Positions 21,318 to 31,262 of a stretch of DNA of 58,077 nt are shown one piece after another; position 1 is the first letter of the stretch, and the number at the start of each line of letters is the position of its first letter. A model generated the notes under the pieces. The model was not told where the DNA came from and did not search any database. It saw nothing but the letters and a program-made list of their open reading frames with translations. Source of the stretch: a virus (taxonomy: Duplodnaviria > Caudoviricetes); the IMG/VR virus record IMGVR_UViG_3300036819_000091, positions 1 through 58,077 of that record, one strand, 5' to 3'. The translations under genes and the position numbers were made by a program.

Positions 21318-21515
21318 GCTGGCTGCTCCTCTCCGTGTGGCTGTACTGACTGTACGAACCCGCAGGCAGCGGCACGCGCGGCCCTGCTTGGTTGCATGCC
21401 CGGCGGGCGGGTAGCATCAGCGGCAGGTCCCCGGTGCTCTGCACTGCGGTTCCTCTCCAGTGGGCGCCCCGTCTGCCTCGTGCAGGCGGGGCGCGCCGCT
21501 TTGCGCGGGCACGCA

Positions 21516-21548
21516 GCAGCCCCGGCAGCACGTGGCTGCCGGGGCTGC
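21516..21548 (-). terminator. Hairpin, probable terminator
   Basis: GCAGCCCCGGCAGC-acgtg-GCTGCCGGGGCTGC just after the stop at 21564. Confidence 0.7.
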
Positions 21549-21563
21549 GCCGCGCCGGGCTGG

Positions 21564-21974
21564 CTAGCCACGGCCCCACCGCTTGAAAGCGGCAGTCTTG
21601 GTCACGGGGGCCTCGGGGCGGGTGGCGCCGTAGGCGATCTCGGCCCACGAGAAACCCTGCTCGTTCAGGCTGGCGGCGGTCTGCGCGATCACCTTGTCCA
21701 TCTCGTCGCGGATGGCCAGCAGGCCCGCCAGGTCGCTGGGGTCCTCGGCCTGCACCCGGCGCCCGTAGGCGCGCAGCATGCGGCGGGCGAACGCGAAGTA
21801 CTCGCGGTTGTCCTTGTCCTTGGTGGTGGCCTTGCGCGTTGCCTTGCGGGCAACGGCTGATTCGGCCTGCGCGCCGTTCTGGCTGTCCTGCGGGCCATCG
21901 GCCGGGGTGCCATTCTGGGCGCTTACGTTCGCGCTGAGCGAGGCGGCCGGGGCGGTGGCGGTGGTGGTCTGCAT
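21564..21974 (-). CDS. HTH DNA-binding protein, first gene of the leftward arm
   Basis: 'NREYFAFARRMLRAYGRRV..GFSWAEIA..VTKTAAFKRWG'; strong RBS. Confidence 0.75.
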   Translation of the reverse strand: MQTTTATAPAASLSANVSAQNGTPADGPQDSQNGAQAESAVARKATRKATTKDKDNREYFAFARRMLRAYGRRVQAEDPSDLAGLLAIRDEMDKVIAQTAASLNEQGFSWAEIAYGATRPEAPVTKTAAFKRWGRG

Positions 21975-22310
21975 TTGCTTTGTGCTCCCTCTCCAGTGGG
22001 TGCCATAAGCATAGCAGCGGGTGCCGACAAACGGCGCCATTCTGGGGGCCATTATGTTGCGACTCGGCCTCGGTCTGCCGGCCTGGCCGCCGGGGGCGCC
22101 GCGCCGGCCGTGATCACATGCGGGTACCGCAGGGGCGCAAGCGCGCTAAAGTGCCCAGACATGCGAGAGGCCCCGGGCGCGAACCCGGGGCCGTCTCAAA
22201 GCTCTGCCCGTGCCAACGAGAGGAGCCCAACCGGTGCACACACTACCGGAAGCCGCCGACAACAGCACCGCGACCCGCCGCAAGGGTGCCCGCCTCCGGG
22301 CGCGCACGGC

Positions 22311-23135
22311 ATGAGCTGGGCGCAGATGGACGACGGATTCCACGACCATCCCAAGGTGCTGGCGCTGTTCGACGCCGGCGACCCGCTCGCCGCCGCCGCC
22401 GCGGTGGGGCTGTGGTCGCTCATGCTGGCGTGGGCCAAGTCGCACGCTGACCCGCAGCGCCCCGACCAGGCCGGCCACGTGCCGGCCGGCCTGGTGTACC
22501 GCACCATGGGCGGCCGGGACGCCGGCGACCGCATCGCCGGCATGCTGGTGGGCGCCCGCGCCGGCCGGGAGCACGGCCTGTGGGAGCCGTGCGACCCCAG
22601 CGGCTGGCGGTTCCATGACTTCGCCTACTGGCAGGAGCTGGAGCAGTGGAAGGCCAGGTCAGAGGCGGGTAAGCGGGGCGCCCGGGCCAGGTGGCAGCCC
22701 CCCGGCCCCGACCTGTTCGGTGGCGACCCCAATGCGGGCGCTATGGCAGCCGCATCGCAGCCGCATGGCAACCGCAATGGGGTAGCCAATGGGGGAGCAA
22801 TGCCCACCACACCACACCACACCACACCACAAAAGAGCTTGGCCGCCGCGCTGCCGCGCTGGAGAGAGTTCTACGGGACCTACCCCCGCAAGGCCAAGCC
22901 CGGCGACGTGGAAAAAGCGTGGGGCCAGGTGCTCCGCGCTGGTGCCGATCCAGACCAGGTGATCGCAGGCGCCCGGCGGTTCGCCGCCGACCCCAACCTG
23001 CCCGAGAAGGGATTCATCCCGTACCCGGCCACGTGGCTGCGCGCCCGCTCGTGGCTCGATGAGGCCCTGCCGCCCCGCCTGGCCGCCAGCGGCCGGCCGG
23101 CGCAGGACGAGGGCGAAGCGCCGTGGGACGCATGA
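22311..23135 (+). CDS. Phage replication initiator / helicase loader
   Basis: N-terminal 'W..MDDGFHDHPK..GLW', C-terminal 'FYGTYPRK..KAW..FIPYPATWL'; precedes the helicase. Confidence 0.8.
   Translation: MSWAQMDDGFHDHPKVLALFDAGDPLAAAAAVGLWSLMLAWAKSHADPQRPDQAGHVPAGLVYRTMGGRDAGDRIAGMLVGARAGREHGLWEPCDPSGWRFHDFAYWQELEQWKARSEAGKRGARARWQPPGPDLFGGDPNAGAMAAASQPHGNRNGVANGGAMPTTPHHTTPQKSLAAALPRWREFYGTYPRKAKPGDVEKAWGQVLRAGADPDQVIAGARRFAADPNLPEKGFIPYPATWLRARSWLDEALPPRLAASGRPAQDEGEAPWDA
22729..22830 (+). repeat. Iteron-like repeats and (CACCA)5 tract; candidate origin
   Basis: Recurrent CAATGG/CATGGC units, then 5 tandem CACCA at 22805-22829 in the initiator linker. Confidence 0.6.
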
Positions 23136-24496
23136 CCGACCGGAGAGGAAACCGCCCCGTGCCAGACGACGAGTACGACGACTACGAGGAAGGCGGCGGC
23201 GGCCCGCTGCCCGTGCACGACATCGAGGCCGAGCGGTGGTGCCTTGGCGGGTGCATGCGCAGCCGCGGCGCGCTGAACGAGGTAGCCGAGCTGCTGGTGC
23301 CCGATGACTTCCTGCGCCCGGCGCACGGCATGATCTACGAGGCGATGATCGTGCTGTTCGCGCAGGGCATCCCGGTTGACCCGGTGACGCTGAACGCGGA
23401 GCTGCACCGCCGCAATCAGGTCGGGGTGACCGGCGGCCCGATGTACCTGGCGGGCATGTACGGCGACGCGGTAGCCGTGACGGCCCCGGCTGCGGTGGCC
23501 CACGCGGAGGTAGTCCGGGAGTGCGCTGCCCGCCGGCACGTGGGCGAGATCGGGTCGCGGCTGGTGCAGGGCGCCAGGGAGCGGCACACCGACCTGGCCG
23601 AGCTCGTGACCGGGGCGCAGGCAGACGTGGGCCGGGCCGTGGCCACCGCGGCGGCGGCGCGCAGCCACCTGTCGCAGGTCATGACGGTGGACCGGTTCTT
23701 CGCGCTGGACACCACCCGGCTGGGCCCGGTGATACCGGGCCTGCTCGACCACCAGGACCGGGTACTGGTCTGCGGCTACGAGGGTGACGGCAAGACGACC
23801 CTGGCCTACCAGGTGGCGGTGGCTGCGGCGGCGGGGGTGCACCCGTTCGCGTGGTCGGCCATCCCCCCGGTGCGGGTCATGATCATGGACTTCGAGAACC
23901 CGACGCACCTGATGCAGCGCAAGCTCCAGCGCCTGGTAGACGTGGCCGCGCGGTCGCCGCGGTGGACCCCGGAGAATCTCTACCTGGCCAGCATGCCGGG
24001 CGGCACCGACGTGACCAAGCCCGCCGACGTGATGCGCCTGGCCGACATGATCCGGCTGGCGCAGCCCGACCTGATCATCGCCGGCCCGATCTACAAGATG
24101 TTCCTGGACCGGGGCCAGGGCGCCGAGGAGCTGCACAGCCAGGTGACCGGGTTCTGGGACATGATCCGCGAGCGGTACGGGCCGGCGATGTGGCTGGAGA
24201 CGCACCCCCCCGGCTCTGCCGCCGGGGGCGCGCGGCTGCTGCGCCCGGCCGGGTCAGCGATCTATATGCGGTGGCCCGAGTTCGGGTTCGGGCTGGCGCG
24301 CGGCAAGCGGGGCACCCTCAAGATCCAGCGGTTCCGCGGGGACCGCGAGGAGGGCCGCCCGTGGCCGGTGTCGATCACCCGGAACGGCACGCCCGGCGGG
24401 TGGCCGTGGGCCGCGACCTACGATAACGGGATGTTCCTGGATGAGCCGGCGGCCATCGAGCAGGGCGCAGGCGCGTACGCGGCGGCGGCCGGGTGA
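23132..24496 (+). CDS. Replicative helicase (DnaB N-terminal domain + RecA/AAA_25-type ATPase)
   Basis: 'PVHDIEAE..LG..DFLRPAH..IYEA..PVDPVT'; Walker A GYEGDGKT. Confidence 0.85.
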   Translation: MTDRRGNRPVPDDEYDDYEEGGGGPLPVHDIEAERWCLGGCMRSRGALNEVAELLVPDDFLRPAHGMIYEAMIVLFAQGIPVDPVTLNAELHRRNQVGVTGGPMYLAGMYGDAVAVTAPAAVAHAEVVRECAARRHVGEIGSRLVQGARERHTDLAELVTGAQADVGRAVATAAAARSHLSQVMTVDRFFALDTTRLGPVIPGLLDHQDRVLVCGYEGDGKTTLAYQVAVAAAAGVHPFAWSAIPPVRVMIMDFENPTHLMQRKLQRLVDVAARSPRWTPENLYLASMPGGTDVTKPADVMRLADMIRLAQPDLIIAGPIYKMFLDRGQGAEELHSQVTGFWDMIRERYGPAMWLETHPPGSAAGGARLLRPAGSAIYMRWPEFGFGLARGKRGTLKIQRFRGDREEGRPWPVSITRNGTPGGWPWAATYDNGMFLDEPAAIEQGAGAYAAAAG

Positions 24497-25467
24497 CCGG
24501 CTACCAGCGGGCCGGGCTGAGCGCGGAGCCGGGGTTCCGCGCGTGCCCCGACTGCGGGTCTGCCTCTGCCGCGCCGGGCACCGCGGACGGCGCCCCGTGC
24601 CCCAGCCCGTGGCACACCAGCCTGGTGGCCCGGGCGCAGGGCCGCACCCTGGCCCCGGCCGACCTGGAGCCGGCGCACGCGGCCAGCCCCGGCCCCGACG
24701 CGCTGGTCACCAACCGCCACGGCGAGCGGGTGCTCGGCCCCGGCACCACGGTGCACCCGCTGCACAGCCTGTGCGGCGAGTGCGCCTACCCGGTCACCCT
24801 GGCCGAGGCCGCCGCGCGGTGGACGCACGACGACACCGGCCGGTACGTGCTGGTGCCCGAGAGCCGCCAGCCGGTGGCCTGGGTCGGCCCGCCGGACGGG
24901 GCGCGCACCGTGGGCGGCATGGGCGTGGGCGTGACCCTGTTCGGCACTGAGCCGCCCGCCCCGGTGGTGGCCGTGACCGTGGCCGGGCGGGTGGCGCCGC
25001 AGGGCTCCAAGTCGGCGTTCAGCCCGTGCTACCAGGACGCCGCCCGGTGCACCCGGTGCCGCCGCGCGCACCTGGTGAAGATCAACCAGGTGGAGAAGTC
25101 GAAGTACCTCAAGGCGTGGCGGGAGGCGGTGGCCGCCGCCGCCCGGCAGCAGTACGACGGGCCGCTGCTCGACGGGCCGCTGTCCGGGTCGATGATCTTC
25201 TCGCTGGAGCGGCCCGGCAGCCACTACCTGCACCGCAAGGCAGGCGACGTGATCCGCCCCGACGCCCCGCTGTACCCGGCCGACACCCCCGACCTGTCGA
25301 AGCTGCTGCGCGCCACCGAGGACGCGCTGACCGGCACGGTGTGGGTGGACGATGCCAGGGTGGTCACCTACACGTGCCTGCGCATGGTGTACGCGCAGGA
25401 CAGCCCCCTGGTGCCCGGCGCCCCGCCGGGACCCGGGGCATCGATCGTGGTCACGCAGCAGGCGTGA
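24493..25467 (+). CDS. rusA: RusA-family Holliday junction resolvase with N-terminal extension
   Basis: 'G..APQGSK..WR..V..RP.SH..PDLSKLLRATEDALTG.VW.DDARVV'. Confidence 0.85.
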   Translation: MTGYQRAGLSAEPGFRACPDCGSASAAPGTADGAPCPSPWHTSLVARAQGRTLAPADLEPAHAASPGPDALVTNRHGERVLGPGTTVHPLHSLCGECAYPVTLAEAAARWTHDDTGRYVLVPESRQPVAWVGPPDGARTVGGMGVGVTLFGTEPPAPVVAVTVAGRVAPQGSKSAFSPCYQDAARCTRCRRAHLVKINQVEKSKYLKAWREAVAAAARQQYDGPLLDGPLSGSMIFSLERPGSHYLHRKAGDVIRPDAPLYPADTPDLSKLLRATEDALTGTVWVDDARVVTYTCLRMVYAQDSPLVPGAPPGPGASIVVTQQA

Positions 25468-25486
25468 CCTGGAGAGGAGCAGGACC

Positions 25487-26148
25487 ATGGCACAGACGGC
25501 AGGGCTCGCGCTGGAGATCTCGTGCATGCGCCGGGTAGACAACGTGCTGGGCGACCCCAGCGTGCCGGTGGGCATCCGCCGCCGGGTGTACGCCCGGCTG
25601 ATCGAGGCGTACGGCCCGGACCTGGACCCGGACGGCCGGGTGGTGGCAGACGCCGCCGCGGCGCAGCAGTCCGCGGCGGCGGCCCGCGTCAACGCGGAGC
25701 TGTTCAGCGGCGGCAAGCACAACGGGGCCGCCCCCGACGACGACACCGACAAGGCCGCCGCGCCCGCTGCGGCCCGCAAGTAGCCAGGAGGCCAGAGCAC
25801 ATGCCACGCACACCGAAGGACCCGCCCGACGCCGGCAACGCGGTGGCGTTCGCGGGGACCGTCCCGCCGGACCACGGGCTGGGCGCCATCCGCCAGCACC
25901 TGATCGACCATCCCCGCGACCGGCACTGGGCCATCGTGGAGCTGGTCAGCATGGAGACCAGCATCAAGCACCCGCTGGCCGACGAGGACAAGCACCGGCC
26001 GACGATCCAGTTCCTGTCTATCGAGGCCATCACCACCCCGGCCGAGCAGGACCAGCTCCGCGCCATGCGCGACACCGCGCGTGGCCGCCGGCCGGGGCAG
26101 GGCAGCCTGGAAGAGGCGGGGCTGGGCGAGGCCGGCGCTGCCGGGTAG
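25487..26148 (+). CDS. Two hypothetical proteins (25487-25783, 25801-26148)
   Basis: Clear RBSs (CTGGAGAGG; AGGAGG). Confidence 0.7.
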
Positions 26149-26170
26149 CCAAAGTGTCTGCGGCCCTGTG

Positions 26171-26189
26171 TATATTGGGTACCGGTAGG
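26171..26189 (+). promoter_or_regulatory. Putative -10 (TATATT) followed by operator core GGGTAccgGTAGG
   Basis: AT-rich intergenic patch before the DUF932 gene; core matches the repeated motif. Confidence 0.65.
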
Positions 26190-26227
26190 CGGCGCAGGGC
26201 CGCAGGCCACCTGGAGAGGACCACAGC

Positions 26228-27499
26228 ATGAGCGACACGCAGAACGGCATCACCCTCGCAGCCCGCGCCACCGACCTGGCCAACCTGCGGGCGGTCCTGG
26301 AGGACCAGCGCGCACGGGCCATCGACCTGGTGATGACCCCCGGCCACTACGCGGCCGATGGGGGCAGCATCGTCATCACGGGCGCCGAGCAGGTGCTGGA
26401 GGAGAACGGCATCACCGACCCCAACGGCCGGTATGCCCCCACCCGGGTGGCCATCGACGGCCTGGCCGAGAAGCTGGGCATCCACGCCAGCTACCTGCGG
26501 CGCATCGCCGCTGACCGGCCGGACCTGTTCGACCTGAACGTGAACGGGCTGCTGCACGGCACCCCCGGCCCGCAGGGCCCGGACGGTGCCCCGTACCCGC
26601 CGCTGGCCGCCAAGCTGATGCTGCGGCTGCTGCGCGGAGACCAGAGCGGCACCGGGGTACTGCGGGCCGTGCTCAGCAACAGCTACCAGCGGATCGACAA
26701 CCTGGACGTGCTGGTGGCCGCGCTGGGCGGCGTGCGGGACGCCGGCGTGGCGGGCCGGGTGACCCGGTGCGACCTGACCGAGACGCGCATGGTCGTCGTG
26801 ATCGAGGCCCCCGAGATCAGGGCGCAGGCCCCGGGCCTGCTGGCCGGGTACCGTGACCCGTTCGGCCGGGGCGGGGTGGAGCGCATCCGGCAGCTTGCGC
26901 AGCGCGAGGGCCTCGGCTACGAGCCCGGCACCGAGCCGGTGATGCACGCCGGCATCAAGATCTCCAACTCGGAGACGGGCGACGGCCGGTTCACGGTCAG
27001 CCCGCACCTGACGGTGCAGATCTGCCGCAACGGCTACACCGTCAAGATGGACGCGCTGGGCGCCACCCACCTTGGCGGCAAGCTGGAGGAGGGCCTGGTG
27101 CGGTGGTCTGCGGCCACGCAGCGCAAGGCCCTGGAGCTGGTGGCCAGCAAGTCGCAGGACGCGGTGGGCCAGTTCCTGTCGGGCGAGTACCTGGAGCGCA
27201 AGGTCGCGGAGTGGGCCGAGCAGGCCGGCACCCCGGTCAAGGCCCCGGCCGAGACCATCACCGCCATGGTGCGCGCCAGTGCCATCCCCAACGCCTACGC
27301 CGACGAGATCCTGAACTGCTTCATCGCCGGGGGCCAGCTCACGGCGGGCGGGGTCATGCACGCGGTGACCGCCGCCGCGCAGACCGTGCAGGACGGCGAC
27401 CTGGCCGACCTGATGGAGCAGGAGTCGGTGGGGGCGCTGGCCTACGCGGCGGGCAACGCCGAGCGCATCGCGGCCAGGGCCGCCGCGCACGCCAGCTAG
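26228..27499 (+). CDS. DUF932-like phage/plasmid protein
   Basis: 'QLA/LAEKLGI..Y..R' N-part; 'RAVLSNSYQRIDN', 'GIKISNSETG.G..V.P..C.NG..H.G'. Confidence 0.75.
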   Translation: MSDTQNGITLAARATDLANLRAVLEDQRARAIDLVMTPGHYAADGGSIVITGAEQVLEENGITDPNGRYAPTRVAIDGLAEKLGIHASYLRRIAADRPDLFDLNVNGLLHGTPGPQGPDGAPYPPLAAKLMLRLLRGDQSGTGVLRAVLSNSYQRIDNLDVLVAALGGVRDAGVAGRVTRCDLTETRMVVVIEAPEIRAQAPGLLAGYRDPFGRGGVERIRQLAQREGLGYEPGTEPVMHAGIKISNSETGDGRFTVSPHLTVQICRNGYTVKMDALGATHLGGKLEEGLVRWSAATQRKALELVASKSQDAVGQFLSGEYLERKVAEWAEQAGTPVKAPAETITAMVRASAIPNAYADEILNCFIAGGQLTAGGVMHAVTAAAQTVQDGDLADLMEQESVGALAYAAGNAERIAARAAAHAS

Positions 27500-27510
27500 C
27501 CGCACCCCGT

Positions 27511-27560
27511 GCCGCAGCCCCGGCCCTGGCCCCCAGCGGGCAGGGGGCCGGGGCTGCGGC
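27511..27560 (+). terminator. Hairpin, probable terminator
   Basis: GCCGCAGCCCCGGCCC ... GGGCCGGGGCTGCGGC after the stop at 27499. Confidence 0.7.
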
Positions 27561-27584
27561 CGATAACCCGGAGAGGAGACCGCA

Positions 27585-27875
27585 ATGCCCGCCACCATGT
27601 GGCCAGAGGACGTGGCCGCCGCCATGGGCGTGTCCCTGCGCCAGGTCCACAAGAAACTGCTTGAGTCCCGCACCCGCGCCGGGCAGGACCTGCCGCTGCG
27701 TGCCGGTGACCTGCCGCTGCCAGAGTCTGTGCAGCGCCGGCAGGTCAGCAACGGGCACCACCAGGTGACCGTCACGTCGCCGCGGTGGGCTGCCCCGGTG
27801 ATCACCGCGTGGCTGGCGCAGCGGCCCGGCCGCGGCGCCCCCGGCCGTGCCCGCACCCGCGAGGCCGCATCATGA
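27585..27875 (+). CDS. Small HTH (AlpA/excisionase-like) protein
   Basis: 'EDVAAAMGVSLRQV..LPLP..PRW..I.AWL..RPGRG'. Confidence 0.65.
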   Translation: MPATMWPEDVAAAMGVSLRQVHKKLLESRTRAGQDLPLRAGDLPLPESVQRRQVSNGHHQVTVTSPRWAAPVITAWLAQRPGRGAPGRARTREAAS

Positions 27876-29869
27876 CCGGCCCGTACCGGGAGGCCGACAT
27901 CCTGGCCGCCCATGCCGCGATACAGGCCGACCTGGACCGGGCCGTGCCCGAGCAGCGGTGCGAGAACTGCGGGTGCCTGTACGCCGCGCACTGCGGGCAC
28001 CACCTGCGCCCGTGCTGCCCTGGTCTCTGCCGCGGCGCCGGCCGGCCCGGCTCGCGGGTGACCCGCCGCAACTACCGGCTGGCGTGGGCGTTCGTGCTGT
28101 ACTCCTGCGGCGTGATGGAGTTCACCCGCACCGGGTTCACCTGGCCGCTGGGCCTGGCCCTGGCCCTGATGACGACGGCTCTGGCGGCCGGGCGCCGCTT
28201 CGGGCACGGCGGCTGGCGCGGGCCGTGGTGACCGGCCGCGAGGGCCGGCCCCGCCCGGCGGCGCCGCCCGTGCCGCGCCCGGCCGCCCGCGCCCAGTGGC
28301 AGGTCCCCGACGACGTGCCCGCCGAGCCCGAGCTGGAGCTGGAGCCGGTGTACATCCCCGACGTGGTGTTCCGCGGCGGGCTGGGCACCGGGTGGGACGG
28401 GCCGGTCAGGTGAGGCACCCCGGCCCCGACCCGGCGGCGATCATCGCCAGCCGGGGGCGCACCCCGGCGGCCCGGCCCATGGTGCAGGACGCCCTGTTCA
28501 CCGAGGACGAGGCCCGCCAGCCCGCCAAGTGCGGCCGCACTTCGCCGCCGCACATGCCGCTGCCAGACGGGGCGTGCACCTGCGGGGCGGCCGGGTGGCT
28601 GGCCCTGCTGACGTGCGGGTGCTGGTCGTGGTCGCACGGCCAGCCGCCCGTGGGCGGGTACGTCACGTGCGGCGCGTCTCTGGCCCACCAGACCAGCTAC
28701 CGGGTCCTGGAAGTCCGCGAGGGCCCGCCGTGACCGGCGTGCAGGGCGAGCTGTTCGCCGGCCCGACGCCGGGCACCCGCGCCGTGCTGGACTGGGCGCA
28801 TGTCATCCACCCGGCAGGCCCCCGGTGGGACTGGGCGGTGGCCGCCGCCGCGGCGCTCGATGCGGGCGGCCCCGACGCCGAGCTGCCGCCGTTCCCCAGC
28901 CACCTGCCCGCCACCCGCCGCGCCCGCGAGGCCGCGCTGCGCCGCGTCCACCGGGACGCGCGGCAAGTACCGACGACGCACCACCAAGGAGGCAGCCATG
29001 GCCACCACCCGGCCTGACCGGTACCGGCACGCAGAGGCGTTCGCGCTGATGACCTACCAGGCTGACGACGGCAGCGAGCGCGCCACGGTGTTCAACAGCC
29101 GCGACGGGGTCACCCCGTTCGTGGTCACCCTGCCGTCTGGCAAGGTGGCCAGCCACGTCAACTGGCAGGCCGACCGCGCCGCCCCGGACCACCAGCCCCG
29201 GCCCGGTGACCTCGTGTTCATCGACCTGACCCCGGAGCGGGCCAGGGCCAGGGCCGCCGCCAACTACGACCGGTTCGCCGCGGACCCCGACATGGCCGTG
29301 CACCTGCGCCGGCTGGGCGCCACCCGCGAGCAGGCAGAGGCGCGCCTGGCCGCCACGTACCTGGTGCCCGGCGCCCCCGACATGATCACGTGGCCCGCGC
29401 CGTGACCGGCCCGCAGGCGCTGGCTGCGCACCTGGCCGGGTGCCGCCCGGTGCAGGCCGCGCTGGTGGCTGACGGCAGCGCCGACGACACCGTGACCGCG
29501 ATGCTGGCCGCCGGGTGGACGCTGGAGCCCGGCACCGAGCTGGTGGCAGGCAAGCGCGTCCGGTACCTGCGGCCCCCGGCGGCGCCGTGGGATGCCGCCC
29601 CGGCGGTGCCCGCGCAGTTCGCCGTGGTGGAGGACTTCCTGCGGTTCCTGGTGGCCCGCCCCGAGCTGCTGGACGCGGCCCCGGACCCGTGGCCGGCCAT
29701 GGACACCGCCGGGCGGCTCGCGGCGGGGCACTCGTGCTTCCGGTGCGCCGGCGTGGCCCGCGCCGCCGTGGTGTGCACCGAGCCGCCGGACGCGACCTGG
29801 CCCACCCGGTACCGGTGGCTGGACCTGTGCTGGCCCTGCTACGACGACATCAGGGAGGCGCACCTATGA
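27872..29869 (+). CDS. Six hypothetical proteins (27872-28231, 28228-28413, 28410-28733, 28730-29017, 28998-29405, 29402-29869)
   Basis: ATGA/GTGA-coupled chain. Confidence 0.65.
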
Positions 29870-30567
29870 CCGACCCCGCGTTCCGCCTGGCCGCGCAGGA
29901 GTTTGACCCGGCCATCCCGGTGGCGTCTCTGGCCGAGCACCCCGACAACCCCAACAAGGGCGACACCGAAGTGATAGCCGAGTCGCTGGACGCGCACGGG
30001 TTCTACGGGGCGGTGCTGGCGCAGCGGTCTACCGGGCGGGTGCTGGCGGGCAACCACCGGCTCCGCACCGCGGTGGCGAAGGGCGCCACGACCCTGCCGG
30101 GGTTCTGGCTGGACGTGGACGACGGCGAGGCCGAGGCCATCATGGCCGCCGACAACGAGTCCACCCGCCGCGGCGGCTACGACGAGGGGAAGCTGCTGGC
30201 CCTGCTCCAGCGGCGCAGCGCCAGCAGCCAGGGCCTGTTCGGCACGGGGTTCACCGATGCCCGGCTGGAAGACCTGCTCCACAAGTGGCAGCCCGACCCG
30301 CTGAACGGGCAGGAGGGCGACTACCAGGGGCAGGGCGGCGCCGGGTGGAACGACCCCGACCAGCCCGGCGGCAACCGGGGGCCGGCGGGGCCGCCGCTGG
30401 GCGCAAGGGGCATCCGGGACATCATCCTGGCGCTGCCCAACGACCAGGCCGACCGGCTGGCCGCCGCGGTGCGGGCCCTGCGCCACGAGTGGGACGCTGA
30501 CATGACCCAGGGCGAGGTGCTGCTGCGCGCCGCCGAGCTGGCGGTGGAAGGGCTGGAGGGCAGATGA
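29866..30567 (+). CDS. ParB N-terminal domain protein
   Basis: 'L.EHPDNPN.GD..IAESL..HGF..VLAGNHRL.A..ADN'. Confidence 0.88.
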   Translation: MTDPAFRLAAQEFDPAIPVASLAEHPDNPNKGDTEVIAESLDAHGFYGAVLAQRSTGRVLAGNHRLRTAVAKGATTLPGFWLDVDDGEAEAIMAADNESTRRGGYDEGKLLALLQRRSASSQGLFGTGFTDARLEDLLHKWQPDPLNGQEGDYQGQGGAGWNDPDQPGGNRGPAGPPLGARGIRDIILALPNDQADRLAAAVRALRHEWDADMTQGEVLLRAAELAVEGLEGR

Positions 30568-31262
30568 CGGTGCGGGCGTTCTGCATCAGCGCGCGGCGGC
30601 CCAACGCGGTGCCCGCCATGGAAGCGCAGGGCCTGCCGCTGACGTGGCTGGTGCCCGCCGACGACGCCCCCGACTACCGGGCGATGGGCGCCAGCGTGGT
30701 GCCGGTGCATGATGAGCCGGGCGAGTACAACCTGCCGCGCGCCCGGAACCTGGCCCTGGACCTGGCCGCCGGCACCGGGCACGTGTGCGTGCAGACCAGC
30801 GACGACCTGCGCCGCCTCGACATGCGCCGCGACGACGGGTGGGCCACCGCCGACCTGGCCGGCGCGGCCCGGCACCTGTACGTGGTGCTGGCCGCGACCG
30901 GCGCGAAGCTGGCCGGGCTGCCGCCCACCGCTAACCGGTACTTCGCCCGGCCCGGCGTCATGACGCGCGGGTTCGTCGTGGGTGACCTGCTGGCGGTGGC
31001 GCCCAGCGCGCCCCGGTTCGACGTGACGCTGCCGCTCAAGGAGGACTACGACTTCACGTGCCTGCACCTGGCCGCGTACGGGCAGGTGGCCCGCACGGGC
31101 GACATGGTGGCCGACTACCGGCACTACCGCAACGCGGGCGGCGCGGTGGCGTACCGCACCGACGCCCTGGAAGACGACACCGCCGCCCGGCTGCTGGCCC
31201 GGTGGCCGCAGTACCTGCGGCCCAACCCGAAGCGCGCCCACGAGCTGCTGGTGCGACGGTGA
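30564..31262 (+). CDS. TET-associated (GREB1/J-GT-like) glycosyltransferase
   Basis: 'ISARRP..V..Y..ARN..Q.SDD..FD..KEDYDF..H..G.V.R..NAGGA' pattern; context next to TET/JBP. Confidence 0.8.
   Translation: MTVRAFCISARRPNAVPAMEAQGLPLTWLVPADDAPDYRAMGASVVPVHDEPGEYNLPRARNLALDLAAGTGHVCVQTSDDLRRLDMRRDDGWATADLAGAARHLYVVLAATGAKLAGLPPTANRYFARPGVMTRGFVVGDLLAVAPSAPRFDVTLPLKEDYDFTCLHLAAYGQVARTGDMVADYRHYRNAGGAVAYRTDALEDDTAARLLARWPQYLRPNPKRAHELLVRR

Noticed and set aside
24418-28207. 634-aa and 725-aa minus-strand ORFs
   Set aside because: Shadows of rusA and the DUF932-like gene; stop codons are scarce at this GC content
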